From positions 59,136 through 123,135 of IMG/VR virus record IMGVR_UViG_3300037455_000543: a stretch of 64,000 nucleotides of DNA; one strand, given 5' to 3'. The position numbers and the translations under genes were made by a program. The notes under the pieces are model-generated. The model was not told the origin of the DNA, did no database searches, and was given only the letters and a program-made list of their open reading frames with translations. Of the stretch, positions 38,043 through 46,127 are shown in pieces (the first letter of the stretch is position 1; the number at the start of each line of letters is the position of its first letter). Source of the DNA: a virus. Lineage: Duplodnaviria; Heunggongvirae; Uroviricota; Caudoviricetes.

Positions 38043-39332
38043 ATGGTATTTGAAACTTTTGATAAAACTGTTGCATCTGGTATGGACCTCTGCCGAGTAA
38101 TCGTTCAGAAGGGTTATGAAGCCTATCTCGTTGGTGGTTGCGTTCGTGATATGATTATGCAAAGACTTGGTATGAGTGACAAGACTGATATTCATGATGT
38201 CGATATTGCTACTAACATGCCTATTGAACAGCTTCAACATAACTTCAAGACTGCAAGTAACAATGGTGAAGCTCATGGCACCATTCTTGTAGAACATGAT
38301 GGTATCTATTTCGAAGTTACTCAGTTCAGAACTGATGGCATCTATTCTGATGGTCGTCACCCTGATTCTGTAACTTTTACTAAGTCTTTCAAGGAAGATA
38401 CTGCTCGTCGTGACTTTACTATCAATGCTATGGGTCTTGACTGCAACGGTATTGTAATTGACCATCACAACGGTATTAAGTGCCTTCAGAATAAGGTTAT
38501 CAATACTGTTGGTGATCCGGTTGAACGTTTTAGTGAAGATGCACTCCGTATTCTCCGCGCATATCGCTTTGCTGCAAGGTATAAGTTCGATATTACTCCT
38601 GAGATTCGTGAAGCTATTCGTAAGACTAAGTATAAGCTCGCAGATATCGCAATGGAACGTGTTTCTGATGAACTTAAGAAGTGCATGTCTTATGGCTATA
38701 CTGAAATCGCCGCTATGGTCAGAATGATGAATACTGACGGTATTTTCCAGATTATCGATCCTAAGGGCTATATTAACCCCATCGAAGCTGAAAATATGCT
38801 TAGTACTCGTGCGGTTCGATTCGTAAATGGTATGGGTAGTAATTATACACCTCTTGGTTCGCTCATATGCATGCTCTGGGGCTCTGATTTAAAAAATGCG
38901 TATCAACACTATAAGTTAGAACACGACGTCTTCAGATGCGCCCAATGGTGCTTTAATCATCTTGATGCATATCATGTATTTGGTGAAGATATTGTTCTGG
39001 CGGTAGAAATGGTCGATAGCAGGTATTTTAACCAGCTTAGAGAGCTTGACGATGCCGTAACTGGTCATCTGATTGACCTCGCCACCTATAAAAAGGTCGG
39101 TCATATTGCAGATTTTGTAAAGACTTATACACAGGATCGTGTTCTCTCTTCTGCCATTGCGAAGTGCGGTTATCAAGGTAAGGCATTTGGTGAAATGCTT
39201 TATAAATTAAAACTTTGGCATTATACACGTCTTAGCGATAACTGTTATTATGAAGATGACGTTATCCTTGAACACCGTGCAATCGAATATATCAAGTCAT
39301 TGGAGGAAGTTAAGAATGCAAAAGAAGGTTAA
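38043..39332 (+). CDS. cca: class II tRNA nucleotidyltransferase (CCA-adding enzyme/poly(A) polymerase family)
   Basis: YLVGGCVRD, DVDIATN, HGT, RRDFTINAM, RFSEDALRILRAYRF. Confidence 0.88.
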   Translation: MVFETFDKTVASGMDLCRVIVQKGYEAYLVGGCVRDMIMQRLGMSDKTDIHDVDIATNMPIEQLQHNFKTASNNGEAHGTILVEHDGIYFEVTQFRTDGIYSDGRHPDSVTFTKSFKEDTARRDFTINAMGLDCNGIVIDHHNGIKCLQNKVINTVGDPVERFSEDALRILRAYRFAARYKFDITPEIREAIRKTKYKLADIAMERVSDELKKCMSYGYTEIAAMVRMMNTDGIFQIIDPKGYINPIEAENMLSTRAVRFVNGMGSNYTPLGSLICMLWGSDLKNAYQHYKLEHDVFRCAQWCFNHLDAYHVFGEDIVLAVEMVDSRYFNQLRELDDAVTGHLIDLATYKKVGHIADFVKTYTQDRVLSSAIAKCGYQGKAFGEMLYKLKLWHYTRLSDNCYYEDDVILEHRAIEYIKSLEEVKNAKEG

Positions 39333-39558
39333 GTTTACGATTGAATGCGAAATGGAAGAGAGATGGAAAGACTATTTCCTTTCATTTCTTAAAACCATGG
39401 AATTCTTTGGCCAGGCAGGCCATTCTGAACTTCTTGGTTTTTATTCTGATGGTGACGGCGACTTCAGGCCCAAGTTCGATTTCAAAGGAACCGAATATAC
39501 GCCTAAGGAGTCAATTCTCAGCAAGGAAATGTCAGTTAACTTCTTCGATGCTGGCTAA
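39316..39558 (+). CDS. conserved phage hypothetical protein
   Basis: FTIECEMEERW...GHSELLGFYSDGDGDFRPKF; GGAGG SD at ATG 39316. Confidence 0.75.
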   Translation: MQKKVKFTIECEMEERWKDYFLSFLKTMEFFGQAGHSELLGFYSDGDGDFRPKFDFKGTEYTPKESILSKEMSVNFFDAG

Positions 39559-39560
39559 AA

Positions 39561-39568
39561 TATAAATA
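39561..39568 (+). promoter_or_regulatory. late promoter TATAAATA
   Basis: Exact match upstream of 39660-40703 unit. Confidence 0.65.
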
Positions 39569-39659
39569 ATACATGAAATGTATTAGTTTATAAAATAAAA
39601 ATAACTGTATCGTCACAAGCGATATAGTTTCTTTTATTTTGTGGCAAAGGAAATTTAAT

Positions 39660-40163
39660 ATGGTAGTTCATAAGAAAGGTCATAAGAATAGCAAGGGCGA
39701 AAAAGCCGAATGGTGTATTGTTTCCCATAAAACCGGAAAAATTCTAAGTTCCCATAAGTCAAAAGCCGCAGCAAAAGCACATTTACAGCAAATGCATATA
39801 TTCAAAGAAGCACAAGATACAATCGATATGCTTGTAAACGATTTTAAAATCAATGCTTTGCTTGAACAGATGAATAACTGGGAAGTCAAAACCATGGGTT
39901 ATGAAAAATACTTGTCTATCCAGGTAAACCCAAATCTTGAACTTTATGTTTCAGTTAGCTGGGATGGAAGAGGAGAGGAATATTTTACCGTCGGAAACGA
40001 AAATGTCCCTGATGAAAGTTTTGCCTGCAGAACTGTCGCTGATGTCGCTGAAAAGCTTGAACAATACCTTGATAAACAGGGAAGTCTTATGGAAAGTATA
40101 ATGTCGCTTGATGAAGCATTTACTGTATTGAATGAAAACGGTTATATTACTGAAGCTAGGTAG
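39660..40163 (+). CDS. late protein with basic His/Lys N-domain and C-terminal LDEA motif
   Basis: KKGHKNSKGEKAEWCIVSHKTGKILSSHKSK; C-terminus SLDEAFTVLNENGYITEAR; AAAGGA SD at ATG 39660. Confidence 0.75.
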   Translation: MVVHKKGHKNSKGEKAEWCIVSHKTGKILSSHKSKAAAKAHLQQMHIFKEAQDTIDMLVNDFKINALLEQMNNWEVKTMGYEKYLSIQVNPNLELYVSVSWDGRGEEYFTVGNENVPDESFACRTVADVAEKLEQYLDKQGSLMESIMSLDEAFTVLNENGYITEAR

Positions 40164-40166
40164 TTT

Positions 40167-40703
40167 ATGACAAACAAGAAGTTAACAGAAAATTTTAGTT
40201 TAAATGAATTCATAAAGACTGACCCTACTGACTACCAGCTCCAGTTGCTTCAGTTATTGGCTGACAATTTACAGTCAGTAAGAAACTTCCTTCAAGAATT
40301 CGCATTGCCGAAAAAGACTGTATCTATCAGTATTAATTCAGGTGTTAGAACTCAGGCTGACTATGAACGCCTGATTAAAAATGGCTATAATCCTAGTAAG
40401 ACATCTGACCATTTTTGCGGATATCAGCTTCTGGCAAAACCTACTCTTGGTGCAGCAGATATCAGTGTAAAAAACTGTTCCCTTTCCTTGAAAGAAATCG
40501 CAGCAAAGATTATCGAATGGGATAAAAATGGGCTTGTTCATTTCGGTCAGGTAATCTACGAGAAAAATCCAAAAACCGGTAGCGAATGGATCCATCTCGG
40601 AAATGACCCGCATCAGATATTCAATTTCAACATCGTGGTTGAAAGAAATAAATACTTGATGTCGTTGGATAACGGTAAAACCTATAAAGCATTCAAACTA
40701 TAA
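40167..40703 (+). CDS. peptidase M15A (candidate endolysin)
   Basis: LTENFSLNEF, ISINSGVR, SKTSDH, GAADI, WIHLG zinc ligands. Confidence 0.85.
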   Translation: MTNKKLTENFSLNEFIKTDPTDYQLQLLQLLADNLQSVRNFLQEFALPKKTVSISINSGVRTQADYERLIKNGYNPSKTSDHFCGYQLLAKPTLGAADISVKNCSLSLKEIAAKIIEWDKNGLVHFGQVIYEKNPKTGSEWIHLGNDPHQIFNFNIVVERNKYLMSLDNGKTYKAFKL

Positions 40704-40741
40704 TTGTCACAGTCCTTTTTGGGCACGTTTCAATTGTGACA

Positions 40742-40768
40742 GCACTAGACTTCGGTCTAGTGTTTTTT
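40742..40768 (+). terminator. intrinsic terminator with cUUCGg tetraloop
   Basis: GCACTAGAC-TTCG-GTCTAGTGT-TTTTT. Confidence 0.9.
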
Positions 40769-40773
40769 ATAGG

Positions 40774-40802
40774 TTTACAAAAATAAAATCGTTTACTATC
40801 TT
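40774..40802 (+). promoter_or_regulatory. sigma70-like early promoter
   Basis: TTTACA-17-TATCTT. Confidence 0.7.
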
Positions 40803-40808
40803 TATAAC

Positions 40809-41957
40809 ATGTATATACCGAAATTAGAAGATTATTATAAAGCAGTTGAAGACGGATTATTGTCAAAGCACGAAACCACCGACCTTGTTGGTTTCAAGTA
40901 CAATATTCATACGACTTTTAACAAATTGTGGAATGACGTTACGATTAACGCACGTGGTATTACTTTTGATAAGCATACCGGTGAAATTGTTGCACGCCCT
41001 TTCCGTAAGTTCTTCAATCATTCGGAATTTATTACTATTGACCATGTAACAACGGAGCTTTATGACATTGTTCCTCAAGAATATCGTCCGAATTTGTCTG
41101 GCGCTTTCAGAGTTATGGATAAGCTTGATGGTTTCCTCGCTATTACGTTCTATAACAAATATCTCGGTGAATGGCAAATCAAGACTGGTGGCTCATTCAT
41201 AGCAAAACAGTCTGATTGGGCACAAGATTGGTTTAAAGAACATGTTAACGACACCAAGATGGATAAGGCTAATACTTATCTATTTGAAGGAATTTGGTCT
41301 GGTGACAGACATGTAGTCAAATATGATTACGAAGCACTTAAGCTGTTAGCAGTTATTCCTAATGCGACTGGTAACGAATTGCCGTTAAAGGATATTCGTC
41401 AGGCTGCGGAAGATATGGGTGTTCAGATGGCAGAAGTCAAGAACTATACTAACTTCCAGGATATGCTTAAGGAAGTTGCTGACTATCCGTCAACACTTGA
41501 AGGTGTTGTAGTTACGTTCGATAACGGTTATAAGTGCAAGGTAAAAGGAATTCAATACTGTGAAATGTTCATGGTGTTGAACAACTTGACAGAAAGAGAA
41601 ATCTTTATGCGTTACGATCCTGTCAAGGATATCGTATATGCAAATGTCAATCCGTGCAATGGTTATAAACCGTTGAATGACGAAGTTCTTGTAGTTCCTG
41701 AAGAATTACCGGAAATTTCTGAATATGTCAAGGTTCTTAAGACCAGACAACATGTGTTGGTCGAAACCGTGTTATCTATGGCAAAGGAAATCGACAAGAC
41801 TGGAGTTGACGGTAAGGAACTTTACGATACGGTATGCAAGCGTTGGGAAAATAAGAAAGAATTTATTGGACCGACGATGAGTGCAATTAAATCATTACGT
41901 AAAGGCGATGAAGTATTTGCAGCTACTAAGATTGCATTAAAAAAATTACTTCGTTAA
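40809..41957 (+). CDS. RNA ligase, T4 Rnl1/RnlA-like
   Basis: ARGITFD, ARPFRKFFN, MDKLDGFL, TYLFEGI, EGVVV, KCKVKG. Confidence 0.88.
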   Translation: MYIPKLEDYYKAVEDGLLSKHETTDLVGFKYNIHTTFNKLWNDVTINARGITFDKHTGEIVARPFRKFFNHSEFITIDHVTTELYDIVPQEYRPNLSGAFRVMDKLDGFLAITFYNKYLGEWQIKTGGSFIAKQSDWAQDWFKEHVNDTKMDKANTYLFEGIWSGDRHVVKYDYEALKLLAVIPNATGNELPLKDIRQAAEDMGVQMAEVKNYTNFQDMLKEVADYPSTLEGVVVTFDNGYKCKVKGIQYCEMFMVLNNLTEREIFMRYDPVKDIVYANVNPCNGYKPLNDEVLVVPEELPEISEYVKVLKTRQHVLVETVLSMAKEIDKTGVDGKELYDTVCKRWENKKEFIGPTMSAIKSLRKGDEVFAATKIALKKLLR

Positions 41958-41968
41958 AAGGGGAACTT

Positions 41969-42154
41969 ATGGAACCTGAAACAATTTATGTAATTATGCG
42001 GTCGTTCTACATTGATAGTGAAGAACACCGTGAAGTTGTTACCGCCCGCAGGGATGAAAAGGAAGCCGAAACCTTGTGTAATCAATGGAATCAGGAAGCC
42101 AAAGAGTCCAATGAAGACGAAGACTATTGGTATAGTGAAACCGAACTTTCGTAA
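41969..42154 (+). CDS. hypothetical protein
   Basis: 61-aa acidic ORF. Confidence 0.7.
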   Translation: MEPETIYVIMRSFYIDSEEHREVVTARRDEKEAETLCNQWNQEAKESNEDEDYWYSETELS

Positions 42155-42167
42155 ACAATACTTTAAC

Positions 42168-42497
42168 ATGAAGTTTTTTGAAAAATTAAAAGAACATTTT
42201 TTCAAAGCATTTGAGGATGATATGCCTATTATTGAATTTGTAAGTTATACTGGTGAATGGCCATGTTTGTGTTTCGGAACATTGACCATCAAGGTTGATG
42301 GAAAGGAATATGAAATTGACCATTTAATATCTGGCGGACATGTCTGGTTTGACGATGATTGGGGTGATCATGTCTCATCAGGTCCTTGGTCTATTGATGA
42401 AGATGATATACCGGAAGAAATTCGCCAATATAAGGATGAAATTGAAAAGGTAGTAAATGATAATGTTCCGTGGGGTTGCTGCGGAGGTTGTGTTTAA
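42168..42497 (+). CDS. conserved phage protein (VPWGCCGGCV)
   Basis: YTGEWPCLCFGTL...SGG...GPWS...NVPWGCCGGCV; start moved to ATG 42168. Confidence 0.75.
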   Translation: MKFFEKLKEHFFKAFEDDMPIIEFVSYTGEWPCLCFGTLTIKVDGKEYEIDHLISGGHVWFDDDWGDHVSSGPWSIDEDDIPEEIRQYKDEIEKVVNDNVPWGCCGGCV

Positions 42498-42506
42498 GGA
42501 GGAACT

Positions 42507-42797
42507 ATGTTAAAGAACATCATGGGTATCGTAGCATTCTGTTTGGGCTTTGCTTTTGCGCAACTGTCCGAAGAGATGAAAATTAATCTCAACATGCCTA
42601 TTGACATTAAGGACACAGCTGAGATAAACTATGTTCCTGAGTCAATTACCAAGGCACTGGATAACATGAGAGTCCAGCCTAGACAGAAACATATCATTCT
42701 AAGGCATAATTATTTTGATATTATTGAGCGTTATCTGGAAACAGATACTCTTGACCATTATTGGTATTGGAACTATAAACTGATTATCAATTTTTAA
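42507..42797 (+). CDS. secreted hypothetical protein
   Basis: Signal-peptide-like MLKNIMGIVAFCLGFAFA; AAGGAGG SD. Confidence 0.7.
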   Translation: MLKNIMGIVAFCLGFAFAQLSEEMKINLNMPIDIKDTAEINYVPESITKALDNMRVQPRQKHIILRHNYFDIIERYLETDTLDHYWYWNYKLIINF

Positions 42798-43013
42798 ATG
42801 AGATATTTTATGTGTCCAGTGATAGAAAAATTATTGAGTAATTTATCGCCTAAAAATCGCGAAAAATGGCTTAAACTGTTAAATGAGCCGCAGCCGATTT
42901 ATCATGAACTTTATTCAGTCAATGGTAAACGAGTTTATGGAACTTATTGGGTAGAATATCCGAAAAAGAACAGCCTCGGTAATGTAAATGAATATTTTTA
43001 TAAGGATAAATAA
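42798..43013 (+). CDS. hypothetical protein
   Basis: 71-aa ORF. Confidence 0.65.
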   Translation: MRYFMCPVIEKLLSNLSPKNREKWLKLLNEPQPIYHELYSVNGKRVYGTYWVEYPKKNSLGNVNEYFYKDK

Positions 43014-43321
43014 TGCAAGTATCTGTATCGATTTATGGCACAGCTAAATCTGTATCGCCGGATATTATGGCAAATTTCACATTGAGTGAACATATGCAAA
43101 ATGGCAAATGGTCCTATGGAATCAGAGATTTCAGTTACGATATGCGTAATGAACTTATTGACGAAATAGATGAATCTCGCATGGTCGACAGAATTAAAGA
43201 AAAAATATGTACTTTGATTAATTCACCAGTTGGACCGATGTGGGTAAAGTCACCAGTATTGCGTATATATTACAATCCTGATGACCTCGGAAATGTTACA
43301 GTCAAAAGTTCTTTTGGTTAA
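43013..43321 (+). CDS. hypothetical protein
   Basis: TAATG overlap. Confidence 0.7.
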   Translation: MQVSVSIYGTAKSVSPDIMANFTLSEHMQNGKWSYGIRDFSYDMRNELIDEIDESRMVDRIKEKICTLINSPVGPMWVKSPVLRIYYNPDDLGNVTVKSSFG

Positions 43322-43502
43322 GTAATATTTCTACCATGCGCTGAGCAACATCAGTTCTGATTTTTTCATCCTGAAATATTTCCACAGGCATTTTGTGTCT
43401 TAACATGTCCTGTGCGACAAATGTAAGCCTATCGTCATACGGTAGGTCTTTTATTTTAGTATATTCTTCCATCAATGTTTTGTAAAAACTATAACCTTCC
43501 AT
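43302..43502 (-). CDS. small late protein
   Basis: 66-aa ORF directly behind - strand TATAAATA. Confidence 0.6.
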   Translation of the reverse strand: MEGYSFYKTLMEEYTKIKDLPYDDRLTFVAQDMLRHKMPVEIFQDEKIRTDVAQRMVEILLNQKNF

Positions 43503-43506
43503 GCAG

Positions 43507-43518
43507 TATTTATAAATA
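43507..43518. promoter_or_regulatory. palindromic bidirectional late promoter TATTTATAAATA
   Basis: Self-complementary 12-mer gives TATAAATA on both strands, 4 nt from each ATG. Confidence 0.7.
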
Positions 43519-43522
43519 ATAT

Positions 43523-44467
43523 ATGAATGAAACTGAATTATTTGAAAAATACAAGCAATGGCAGAAATTACTGAATGAAACTAGGGCATTGGATGTCAAT
43601 GAACTTGTCGAATTCTATAAAAATAAGATTTTAAAACTGATTAAACAGAAAGTTTATAATTTCTTGGATCTCTTATGGGATGGAAAGCCAGTTCCAAAAG
43701 TCATGAAAATCCATATTCCTAATCTTATGGCGCCTACTACATTCCGTAAAGATCCTGTAAGAATGAAAGGCCTTTTAGTAAAGATTTATTTCGATACTAA
43801 CAGACTTCGTGATGACTATACTAAGGAAAAAGGTCCAGGAATGGGCGCAATGTATGCCAGTGCATCCGGTGACACAAACCCAGGTTTTGAAGGCGAGCTC
43901 GATCCAGTTCCATTAATGATGAATCTTCCACAGATTTATGGCAAGAACTACTGTAAAAAAGTTAAAGGTGGTTATGTCCTTGAATTTGCCGATATGGTCG
44001 ATGATTTTGGCACCGTCAATGATACGCCTGAAGAAATAGTTGAAGCAATCATGGACGAATACTTCAGAGACTATTTTGCAGAAGTATTGACTCATGAACT
44101 TACCCACTTTGTTCAGTCAAATAACTACTACCTCGACGGAACAGAGAATGCACGTGAATACGATGCTGCTGAAGTTCTTAGAAATGGCCAATATTTAATT
44201 GATACTCTTGAAGTTGAAGCAAGATTACATCAGAAAATGCCTGCATATGTAGATTCAATCCTTAGAGCAAAAAATATCACGCCTATCGCAAAAACGATAA
44301 CAGATAACTTGTTTATGAAGAAAATGAAGAGTGCACCTAGAGACATACAGCAAAAATATTTTAACATGGTATTACGTCTATGTCAAGCAGTCAAGTCTAT
44401 TCCTGGCATAACAAGATATAATTACAATACGCCGAAAATGCGTCGAATGTTACACGACAAAATATAA
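43523..44467 (+). CDS. late protein with HExxH zincin-like motif
   Basis: EVLTHELTHFVQ ... EVEARL; N-terminal LFE/LLNE. Confidence 0.7.
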   Translation: MNETELFEKYKQWQKLLNETRALDVNELVEFYKNKILKLIKQKVYNFLDLLWDGKPVPKVMKIHIPNLMAPTTFRKDPVRMKGLLVKIYFDTNRLRDDYTKEKGPGMGAMYASASGDTNPGFEGELDPVPLMMNLPQIYGKNYCKKVKGGYVLEFADMVDDFGTVNDTPEEIVEAIMDEYFRDYFAEVLTHELTHFVQSNNYYLDGTENAREYDAAEVLRNGQYLIDTLEVEARLHQKMPAYVDSILRAKNITPIAKTITDNLFMKKMKSAPRDIQQKYFNMVLRLCQAVKSIPGITRYNYNTPKMRRMLHDKI

Positions 44468-44470
44468 ATA
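44463..44470 (+). promoter_or_regulatory. late promoter TATAAATA
   Basis: Exact match 20 nt before ATG 44491. Confidence 0.7.
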
Positions 44471-44490
44471 TATTAAAAGGAGGCTATAAC

Positions 44491-44550
44491 ATGGCTAAGA
44501 AAGAAACAAAGCAGAATGTACCACCTTGGGCAAAGGGCGGAAAGGTCTAA
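44491..44550 (+). CDS. 19-aa basic microprotein
   Basis: MAKKETKQNVPPWAKGGKV; AAGGAGG SD; own promoter and terminator. Confidence 0.65.
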   Translation: MAKKETKQNVPPWAKGGKV

Positions 44551-44585
44551 TCCTTACGCATAAAGTTTGAGAATGCATTCAATTT

Positions 44586-44608
44586 GACCGGTTTTTACCG
44601 GTCTTTTT
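44586..44608 (+). terminator. intrinsic terminator
   Basis: GACCGG-ttttta-CCGGTC-TTTTT. Confidence 0.75.
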
Positions 44609-44619
44609 CATTAAATAGG

Positions 44620-44648
44620 TTTACAAACCTCATAAAATATATTATATT
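44620..44648 (+). promoter_or_regulatory. sigma70-like early promoter
   Basis: TTTACA-17-TATATT. Confidence 0.7.
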
Positions 44649-44669
44649 TCATATTGTTGAGGTGTATTG

Positions 44670-44909
44670 ATGTATTTGAAGACTACTTCGCGTATTCAGA
44701 ATCTTTGGGATAAGGCACAACTGCAGCGTAAAGATAACTTTAATTTGACCATGAAGAACGGCAAGAAATATATTGTTAAAAATTACTCTGCAAACAGTAG
44801 CTTTACCATATTTGACTGTAATCATAAAATTTTAGCATACGATATTTCCAATATTGATGATTTAGCTAATTGTATTTTGTCTATCAGTAAATCAAAGGAC
44901 GACGAATGA
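44670..44909 (+). CDS. hypothetical protein
   Basis: ~79-aa ORF, GAGGTG SD. Confidence 0.7.
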   Translation: MYLKTTSRIQNLWDKAQLQRKDNFNLTMKNGKKYIVKNYSANSSFTIFDCNHKILAYDISNIDDLANCILSISKSKDDE

Positions 44910-45265
44910 AAAAACTGTTACTTATCCTCGTTTTCACAATAAGTGCATTTGCGAATGATGACTACTGTCAAAAACTCTATGATGGTTTCAAGTCCGTATT
45001 GGAACCGCAGATGACTTCCTTATGTTCTACCAATGTCCCAGGGACATTCACTTACAGTTTTTATTTTGTCGATGATAGCAGTTTCACTGATATGAAACTG
45101 GTTTTTTCAGTTAATGGAATTAACCACCTCTATCAAAGAAATGTTGAAAAAATACCATTTACAGATACTGACTGTATTACTAATTTTGAAGACACCAAGA
45201 CAATTTTGAGTACATTGTTTATTACACATACATGCAGTAAGGAATATAAAAATTTAAGGAAATAA
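44906..45265 (+). CDS. secreted hypothetical protein
   Basis: Signal peptide MKKLLLILVFTISAFA; four Cys. Confidence 0.75.
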   Translation: MKKLLLILVFTISAFANDDYCQKLYDGFKSVLEPQMTSLCSTNVPGTFTYSFYFVDDSSFTDMKLVFSVNGINHLYQRNVEKIPFTDTDCITNFEDTKTILSTLFITHTCSKEYKNLRK

Positions 45266-45266
45266 T

Positions 45267-45518
45267 ATGTCCGTCAAAAAATACGTAATTTATGAAAAAA
45301 ATTTAGGTAAATATGCAAAGCGAGTTGATACTGATGCATATTATACACTTGGCAATTATAACTCCATGATTGCCCAATTATTGGACTATGCTTTTGACGG
45401 GTTAGAACATACAAAATATGAACTTGGTTATATTGCTCGTAGAGGAGCAAAGAAAGGTCATGTATTTGAAATTCATGAATTGAACATTGAAACAGATGAA
45501 AAGGTGATTGATGGCTAA
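45267..45518 (+). CDS. hypothetical protein
   Basis: 83-aa ORF. Confidence 0.7.
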   Translation: MSVKKYVIYEKNLGKYAKRVDTDAYYTLGNYNSMIAQLLDYAFDGLEHTKYELGYIARRGAKKGHVFEIHELNIETDEKVIDG

Positions 45519-46116
45519 GCTTTATTTTATCAGACATGCGATGACTGATGCTAACCAGTCTGGTTCGATGGTGAAGAATTATGATGATACTCATATTCTA
45601 CCGTTCGATGTCGAAGACTGGAAGAAACGTATCGGTAAGCATATTAATTATAACAAAATGACGGATTTGATTATGACGTCTCCTGCAGCTCGATGCGTAG
45701 AAACTGCGAACTGCATTTTCGGCAATGATTCTGAAATTTTTTATAATGCTAACTTGAAAGAATTTGATTGCGAAGGTCTTGGTGATTTGAAATTTTGGGA
45801 AATCGACGAAAAGACATTCAATGAAAAGACTGGGCTGACCAATGCCGACATGGATTTGCAGATCGATGTCTTAATTGACGCATTCAAGGAAGCTGAAAGA
45901 ATTTGTAATTGTAAGAAGATTATCTGTTTCAGCCATGGAATGGTAATCAGATATATCTATCATTATTTCAATAATAATAAAAAGATTTCGCCTTATGACG
46001 TTATTAACAGCAAGGGTTTTACCTTTGCTAATCTCGACATGTTGGAAGTAGACACTGAAACTGGAAAGACCGAAGTATATAGATTTAAAGAACCGGTCAA
46101 TCATAAAGCTAATTAA
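45511..46116 (+). CDS. histidine phosphatase family protein
   Basis: YFIRHAMT, TSPAARCVET, NLKE, FSHGMVI. Confidence 0.85.
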   Translation: MAKLYFIRHAMTDANQSGSMVKNYDDTHILPFDVEDWKKRIGKHINYNKMTDLIMTSPAARCVETANCIFGNDSEIFYNANLKEFDCEGLGDLKFWEIDEKTFNEKTGLTNADMDLQIDVLIDAFKEAERICNCKKIICFSHGMVIRYIYHYFNNNKKISPYDVINSKGFTFANLDMLEVDTETGKTEVYRFKEPVNHKAN

Positions 46117-46127
46117 GAGAAATAAAT

